Source of the DNA: an uncultured cyanobacterium
GTDB lineage: Bacteria > Cyanobacteriota > Cyanobacteriia > PCC-9006 > JAAUQQ01
DNA: 64,000 nt
Direction of reading: 5' to 3'
Assembly (NCBI GenBank): GCA_963718615.1
Contig: OY970368.1
Span: forward strand, 3,296,001-3,360,000
Within the stretch, counting starts at the first letter, position 1. Every line of letters begins with the position of its first letter. A program made the position numbers and the translations under genes. The notes beneath the pieces were generated by a model. It worked only from the letters and a program-made list of their open reading frames with translations. It was not told where the DNA came from and searched no databases. Positions 48,854 through 57,900 of the stretch are shown here, piece by piece.

Positions 48854-48984
48854 CTTCGTTGTTCTATGACTCTCAGCTAGATTCTTAAGCCCGCATCGCT
48901 TCCAGTGGGCTATCAGAATATTATCTCTGCATTTCGATTAGTACTTTTGGCGTCTCTGCAAACTTTCTTGAGAATTTCTTGACA

Positions 48985-51900
48985 ATGAATACTGTGCTTA
49001 CTCGTGATCTTCAAGTTCTTTTCGTTGATCCTAGTGTTCAAGATTATCAAAATCTTCTTCACGAATTAGATTCAGGCATTCAGTGCTTTGTTTTAGACAA
49101 TAATCAAGATGGTATAGAACAAATCTCGAAGATTTTAGACAATATTAGGCAAAAGGCAGCAAATATTGAATCGACTTCAATATTTTTGTTAACTCATGGC
49201 TATTCGGGTGGCGTTCGACTTGCAAAATCGGATTTTAACTTATCATCTCTGAGCCAATACGAGAAAGACCTACAGAGTTGGTTTAATCACGAAAACACGC
49301 AATATAATTCGTTATCATTTTGCGCTTGTAATGTTGCTACGGGAGATATAGGAAAAGAGTTTATAGAAAAAATTGGTCAGATCACTCAAGCTACAATTCT
49401 TGCATCAAGTTCTCCACTAGGTAGTAGTCTGCTGAATGGCAACTGGCATCTAGATTATTGTACCACAGAGGGAGTGGAGTCAAAACTCCCATTCTCAAGC
49501 GAATCTCGCAATAATTATCCTTATATTCTTCCTACACTACCTGCCGTTGACACTATCTTTAGTATCAATGGAAATGCATCAAAAATTGACGATGATGAAA
49601 TTCGGCTCACCCCAGATGCCTTTAGCCAATCAGGCTCTGCATTCTCCACAGCCCGAATTGATTTTAATTACGATTGGACTTTTAATTTTGCCGTTTATTT
49701 GGGCGTTTCCGATGGGGGTGCAGATGGTATCGGATTTGTGCTACATAACGATCCTCGCGGATCAAGCGTAACAGGTGAATTCGGTGGTGGTTTGGGTATT
49801 CTTAATATCCAAAAATCTATTGGTATTGAATTCGATACTTGGCAAAATCCAGAGTATGGAGATCCAGTCGCTGACCACACATCTATCCTTTTACCTGACA
49901 CGACAGGTCTTGATCGTCTCACTACAATTGAGAGCTTAAGTAATATCGAAGATGGTCAATATCATAATGTTATTGTCACCTGGAATGCCACAACAAAAAC
50001 CCTTTCTTATACATTAGATAGTGTTCAAAGAGGCTCCGTTGTTCGTGATGTTATTAATCAAGACTTTGGCGGAGAAAAATTAATTTATTTTGGATTTGCT
50101 GCTTCAACTGGTGGTGCAAAAAATGAGCATAAAATTAGGATCTCAAATTTTGAAGGAAGATTAATTAATTCTTCTGGAAATGACATTATTAATACGGCCA
50201 ATGCTTCTCCCGTGATTGCTTCGCCTACTGGTAGTCCAGCCAGTTTCACAGTGGTGGAAAATACGAGCATTGCAACAATTCTTGCAGATGTGAACTCTAG
50301 TGATGCAGAAGATGGTGCTGAAACAAATCTTACCTACTCTTTAAGTGGAGTTGATGCATCACGGTTTAATATTGATTCCAATGGCCGTCTAACTTTTAAG
50401 GCTGCACCTGACTTTGAATCCCCGCTGGACTCCGGAGCTAATAATAGCTATGATTTTACAGTAACTGTAACAGATACTGAAGGTGCAACAGATACTCAAG
50501 ATATCAGGATTATAGTTGCTAATGTTAATGATAATAATCCTGTAATCTCAACGCCATTAGGATCTCCGGCAACGCTAAATGTTTTAGAAAACACAGTCAC
50601 TGTTGTTAATGTTAATGCGAGTGATGCAGAAGATGGTGCTGAAACTAACTTGACCTATTCCTTAAGTGGTACAGATTCATCATTGTTTGTAATTGATAGC
50701 AATGGTAATTTGTCTTTTAAGGTGGCTCCAAATTTTGAAAACCCTCAAGATAATGGAACTAACAACGTCTACGATGTCACTGTTAATGTTACGGATTCAG
50801 GGGGATTAAGCGATCTTCGGGCTATTCAGATCACCGTAATTAATGTCAATGAATCACCCAAGGCTAACGCGGATATAGCTGCTGTGGCAGAGAAATCTGC
50901 TGCTACCATTAACTTAACAAATAATGATACTGATCCAGATGCTGGTACTGATCTAGAAGTTACAGCACTGAATACTACTGGCATTAAAGGGCTTGCCAGC
51001 ATCAATCCTGATGGAGAAGGCGTCACCTACAATCCCAATGGAGCGTTTAATAGTTTGGCTGTGGGTGAAACCACAACGGATAGCTTCACCTACACCGTCA
51101 ACGATGGCAACGGCGGCACTAACACGGCCACAGTTACTGTCACGATTATAGGAGAAAACGATCAGCCCACCGCCAATTTTGATGCAGGCACCGTGGCGGA
51201 AGATGGAACCACCAGTATTAACCTCACAGGTAACGATACGGACCCTGACGGAAGCGATGACTTAGAAGTCACGTCCGTTGGAACCCTTGGAACCCTAGGT
51301 TTGGTTAGCATCAATCCTGATGGGGAAGGCGTCACCTACAATCCCAATGGAGTGTTTAATAATTTGGCCGTGGGTGACACTGCAACAGATACCTTCACCT
51401 ACACAGTCAGCGATGGCAACGGCGGTACCGATACGGCCACTGTTACCGTCACGATCACGGGAGAAAACGATCAGCCGAATCTAGATTTAGACAATGATGG
51501 TGTGAGTGGAGATGTAGACTATGCCACTCTGTATCAACCGGGTACCCCAGTCAGTATTGCTGAAGCGGGGGGCAGCCTTATTACAGATATTGATGGGGAT
51601 ACGCTAACCATCTCCATCGTCTTGGATAACCCTCTAGACGGGGCTTCTGAAACCTTCAGTCTTCAGCCTGGGTTTACAATTCCAGGTTCGCTCAGCATAA
51701 CCCCTATTACGTCAGGCATCAGCATTGCTCCCAGTGGTTCTGAAACTCCGACGGATGCAGAGTACCAAGCCGTTTTGGAGGCAATTCGGTACAACAACAG
51801 CGATATGGCCTCGGATCGGAGCGATCGCACCATCACCATCACCGTCAACGACGGCACCGGCACCCCCAATGCCACCGCCACCGCCACAACAACCATCAAC

Positions 51901-54900
51901 TACGACACCGATGACGATGGTATCGCCGACACCCTAGACCTTGATGATGACAACGATGGCATCCTTGATCTTAATGAGCAATTTGTCGATCAATTTGTTT
52001 ATGCGGCTTTCACTAATGTTGGTGAGCAGCAGGCTAGTGGTCAGATTAACGGGATTAATTTTACCTACACAACGACTCAGACTGTCCTCAACATTACAAA
52101 CTCAATGTATAACCATGGGACTTTCCCATCTGAGTACGATGTTCCCAATGTAAATCCCACCATTCGCAATGACCAAGCCTCAACGAATCAATTGGTATTT
52201 GAGCAGCCAATGCTCAATCCAGTGCTGGTTTTTTCGTCGATTGGCAATCCTTTGACTCCTGTGCCAATTGAGTTTGGAGCGCCAGTTGAAATTCTCTGGT
52301 CTCAAGATGTAACGATTAATAGCCCCACTAGTATCACAGGAGCAGAAGGGTTTGCGATCGTTCGATTTAACGGCCTGTTTGATGTCATTGATTTTCAATA
52401 TCTAGCAGACGAGACATATGTAAACTTTGCCTTTGGGGCTAGCTTTAAACAGGGGGAGGATACCGACGGTGATGGTATTCAGGATTATCTGGACCTCGAC
52501 TCCGATAACGACGGTATTACCGACAATGTCGAGGCGCAAACGACAGCCGACTATATTGCGCCGACCGGCACCGATAACGATGGTGACGGTCTCGATGATG
52601 CCTATGAGGGCGCGGGTAACCAGGGGCTGACTCCGGTCAACACCGACGGCACGGATGCCGTCGACTATCTGGACTCAGATTCTGATAACGACGGCATCAG
52701 CGATGCTGCCGAGCGTGGAACCGGTGGACCCACAACGAATGCAACGGGACTCTCCGACGCGACCACCGATGCTGACGGCGATGGTCTGTTCGACGTTTTC
52801 GAAGGAGGTACGCCCAACGATGGCTTCGACGTCAACGGTGACAACCTGACGGGCACGACTTTTAATCTCGCCGATACTGATAACGATGTCCTCTCTGATG
52901 GCAGCGATGCCATTGCCCGATCTAATGATCTCGACTATCGCGACAACAGCACCGAAGTTTCGATCACCGCTAACGATGCTAACGCGGCTGAAGCCGCCGA
53001 CAACGGTCAATTCACCGTCACCCTAAACCAGCCCTTCAGTAGCGACACCACCGTCAACTACAGCATTAGTGGAACGGCCAGCAATGGCACAGACTACACA
53101 ACCCTGACCGGCTCGGTCATAATTCCTGCTGGTGCCACTTCCGCGCCCATCAATATCGCTGTTACGGATGATCCCTTAGTGGAGCAGGATGAAACCGTCA
53201 TCCTAACCCTTACCAGTGCCACCAACCCCAAGGGCACTGTGACGCTAGGAAGTGAAAATACTGCAACGGTCAACATCACTGATACAGATACGGCTTTAGT
53301 GTCTATCAGTGCTACGGATGCGATCGCGGCAGAAGATATCAACAATGGGCAATTTACCGTTAGCCTCACGAATCCCAGCGATGTTGATACCGTCATCAGC
53401 TACAGCATCGGGGGAGATGCAACCCCCGGCAGTGACTATACGCCCCTTACCGGAACGGTCACCATTCTGGCAGGTAATACCAGCGCCACCATCAACGTAT
53501 CGGTTCTAGATGACAGCCTTAGTGAGCTCGATGAAGCCGTCACGGTTACCCTAATAGCCATAACCAGTGGGGATAGCGATGTTTCCATTAACCTCGCCCA
53601 AAACGCTTCGACAGTAACGATTCTGGCGGATACCGATGGCGACAATGTTCCTGACATCATTGACCTAGACGACGACAACGATGGCATCCTCGACACGGTT
53701 GAAGCTGCCACTGCTCCTGCGAATGGTGACACCGATGGAGATGGCATTCCGGATCGCCTCGACCTTGATTCTGACAACGACGGCATCAACGATGTCATCG
53801 AAGCGGGTCATGGCGTCACCGATACCGATGGCGATGGTATGCTCGATGGGCCTGTCGGTAGCGATGGGATTCCCGATGCCGTTCAATCTAGTCCGAATAG
53901 TGGCATCGTCAACTATGCTCTGGCGAATACCGATGGTGATGGTCAGCCTGACTTCCAAGACCTCGACTCCGATAATGATAGTCTCTCCGACCTGATCGAA
54001 GGCGGCAGTGGCGGAGCCGATGCAAATAACGATGGCGTAGTGGATGGTCCCGATACCGATGGCGATGGCATCCAGGATTCAGTTGATGCAACACCTACGA
54101 CCTATGGTGATGGAGCCAGTCCTGCACTGCCCGATGCCGATAGTGCAGCCAATCCCAATACCCCCGACTATATCGATGTTGATAGCAACAACAACGGAAT
54201 CAACGACATCGCTGAAGCGGGCAATGGCATTCTCGATCCCAATGGGGATGGGGCGATCGATAACATCACCGACAATGACAAAGACGGCATTCCCGACGTC
54301 GTCGACGATTCCGATCTCGATGGAATTCCTGACGCCGTTGATGGCACACCCAATCCAGCTTTCGGGGGGCTGGGAGAGCCCGATAGCGATGGGGATGGCA
54401 TTGCAAACGTTGATGACCTCGACGACGACAATGATGGAATTTTAGATGCGGTTGAAGAAGCAGGAAACGCCATTCGCGACACCGATGGCGATGGAATTCT
54501 CGATCGCCTAGACCTAGACTCTGATAACGACGGCATCAACGATGTGCTCGAAGCGGGCCACGGAGCACCGGATGCCAATGGCGACGGCATCCTCGATGGT
54601 CCCGTTGGAAGTGATGGTATTCCCGATTCAGTCCAGGCTTCACCCAATGATGGCACCGTGAACTACGGTTTACCTGCCAACAGTGACAGCGACCCCATCC
54701 CCGACTTCCAAGACCTCGACTCTGACAACGACAGCCTCAGCGACCTCTACGAAGGCGGGAGCGGTGGCCCCGATGCCAACAATGATGGCGTCGTTGACGG
54801 GATTGATAGTGACGGCGATGGCATTCTCGACGCAGTAGATGGTGTGCCTGCAACCTATGGGGATGCGGGAAGTCCTGCACTGCCCAACGCTGATAATGAC

Positions 54901-57900
54901 CTAGTCCCGAACTACATTGACCCCGACAGCGATAGTGATGGGGTCAATGACATCGATGAAGCTAGCAATGGTAGTTTAGATGTCAATAACGATGGCGAGA
55001 TAGATGACCTTGCTGATGCCGATGGGGATGGTGTTCCCGATGTCATTGATGACTCCGATTTAGATGGCACGCCTGATAAAACTGATACCACGCCCAATGC
55101 TGGCTTTGGTGGTCTGGGTCTTGTGGACACGGATGGCGATGGCGTTGCTGATATTGCAGACCTGGATGACGACAACGATGGCATTCTGGATACTGTTGAA
55201 GAGGCAGGGAATCCGGATCGAGATACTGATGGCGATAGCATTCTAGATCGTTTGGATCTAGACGCCGATAATGACGGCATCAATGACTTGATTGAAGCTG
55301 GACATGGTGCCATTGATGCCAATGGCGATGGCTTGGTGGATGGCAATGTCGGAGCCAATGGTTATGTGGATATTCTAGAGACCACTCCCGATTCCGGCGA
55401 AGCGAATTTTGCACCTCGTAATAGCGACAACGATGCCAATCCCGATTTTCAAGATCTTGATGCTGATAATGACAGCATTAGCGATCTGATTGAAGGCGGC
55501 AGCAATGGTGCAGACGCCAACAACGATGGCGTGGTGGATGGACCCGACACCGATGGAGATGGTATCCAAGATAGTGTGGATGGCACACCCAATAGTTTTG
55601 GGGATAGCGGCAGTCCTGCGGTCCCCAATGATGATGCAGACACAACACCCAACTACATCGACCCAGACAGCAACAATGATGGCACTCATGACATCCTCGA
55701 AACCGGCAACGGTGTTCTAGATGGCAATGGGGATGGGGTCATCGATAATGCCACAGATCTGGATGGAGACGGCATTGCTGATGTCATTGATGATTCTGAC
55801 AACGATGGCACACCTGATGCAGTAGACACGACACCGAATGCAGCCTTTGGCGGTTTAGGGGGGCCTGCACCGGATGCAGATGGGGATGGCATTGCCAACG
55901 ATGCAGATCTCGACGATGACAACGATGGCATTTTAGACAGCATTGAAGAAGCGGGAGACCCAACCAGGGATACGGATGGAGATGGCATTCCGGATCGCCT
56001 CGACCTTGATTCTGACAACGATGGCATCAACGATGTCATCGAAGCGGGTCATGGCGTAACCGATACCGATGGCGATGGTATGCTCGATGGGCCTATCGGT
56101 AGCGATGGGATTCCCGATGCCGTTCAATCTAGTCCGAATAGTGGCATCGTCAACTATGCTCTGGCGAATACCGATGGTGATGGCCAGCCCGACTTCCAAG
56201 ACCTTGATTCTGATAACGATAGCCTTAGTGACTTAGTTGAAGGCGGCAGCGGAGGTAATGATAGCGATGGCGATGGCGTCGTCGATGGTCCCGATACCGA
56301 CAAAGATGGAATTCAAGATTCCGTCGATGGTAACCCAGGTCTCTATGGGGATGGAGGAAATTTCGCACCGCAAAACAGCGATAGCGATCCAAATCCGGAT
56401 TACATCGATATTGATAGTGACGGAAATGGCGTTGATGATATTGACCAGGCCGGAAGTACAATTCTCGACGGGAATAACGATGGCAGAATCGATGACATTA
56501 CCGATAACGATAACGACGGCATTGCTGATGTTATTGACGATTCCGATCAAGATGGGATTCCTGATATTTCCGATAGTGATCCCCAAAGCTTTGGCGGGCT
56601 AGGTAAGGCCGACACCGATGGCGATGGCATTCTCAACTCGGAGGATTTGGATGATGATAATGATGGGATTCTGGATACCGTTGAAGAAGCTGGAGATATC
56701 GATCGCGACACCGATGGCGATGGCATTCTAGACCGTTTGGATCTCGACAGCGATAACGACGGCATCAACGATGTGCTCGAAGCGGGTCACGGAGCACCTG
56801 ACGCCAATGGCGACGGCATCCTCGATGGTCCCGTTGGAAGCGATGGTATTCCCGATTCAGTGCAGGCTTCACCCAATGATGGCACCGTGAACTACGGTTT
56901 ACCTGCCAACAGTGACAGCGACCCCATCCCCGATTTCCAAGACCTCGACTCTGACAACGACAGCCTCAGCGACCTCTACGAAGGCGGGAGCGGTGGCCCC
57001 GATGCCAACAATGATGGCGTCGTTGACGGGATTGATAGTGACGGCGATGGCATTCTCGACGCAGTAGATGGTGTGCCTGCAACCTATGGGGATGCGGGAA
57101 GTCCTGCGCTGCCCAACGCTGATAATGACCTAGCCCCGAACTACATTGACCCCGACAGCGATGGTGATGGGGTCAATGACATCGATGAAGCTAGCAATGG
57201 TGGTTTAGATGTCAATAACGATGGCGAGATTGATGACCTTGCTGATGCCGATGGAGATGGTGTTCCCGATGTCATTGATGACTCCGATTTAGATGGCACG
57301 CCTGATAAAACTGATACCACGCCCAATGCTGGCTTTGGTGGTCTGGGTCTTGTGGACACGGATGGTGATGGCGTTGCTGATATTGCAGACCTGGATGACG
57401 ACAACGATGGCATTCTGGATACTGTTGAAGAGGCAGGGAATCCGGATCGAGATACCGATGGCGATGGCATTCTAGATCGTTTGGATCTAGACGCCGATAA
57501 CGACGGCATCAATGACTTGATTGAAGCTGGACATGGTGCCATCGATGCTAATGGCGATGGCTTGGTGGATGGCAATGTCGGAGCCAATGGTTATGTGGAT
57601 ATTCTAGAGACCACTCCCGATTCCGGCGAAGCGAATTTTGCACCTCGTAATAGCGACAACGATGCCAATCCCGATTTTCAAGATCTTGATGCTGATAATG
57701 ACAGCATTAGCGATCTGATTGAAGGCGGCAGCAATGGTGCAGATGCCAACAACGATGGCGTGGTGGATGGGCCCGACACCGATGGAGATGGTATCCAAGA
57801 TAGTGTGGATGGTACACCCAATAGTTTTGGGGATAGCGGCAGTCCTGCGGTCCCCAATGATGATGCAGACACAACACCCAACTACATCGACCCAGACAGC

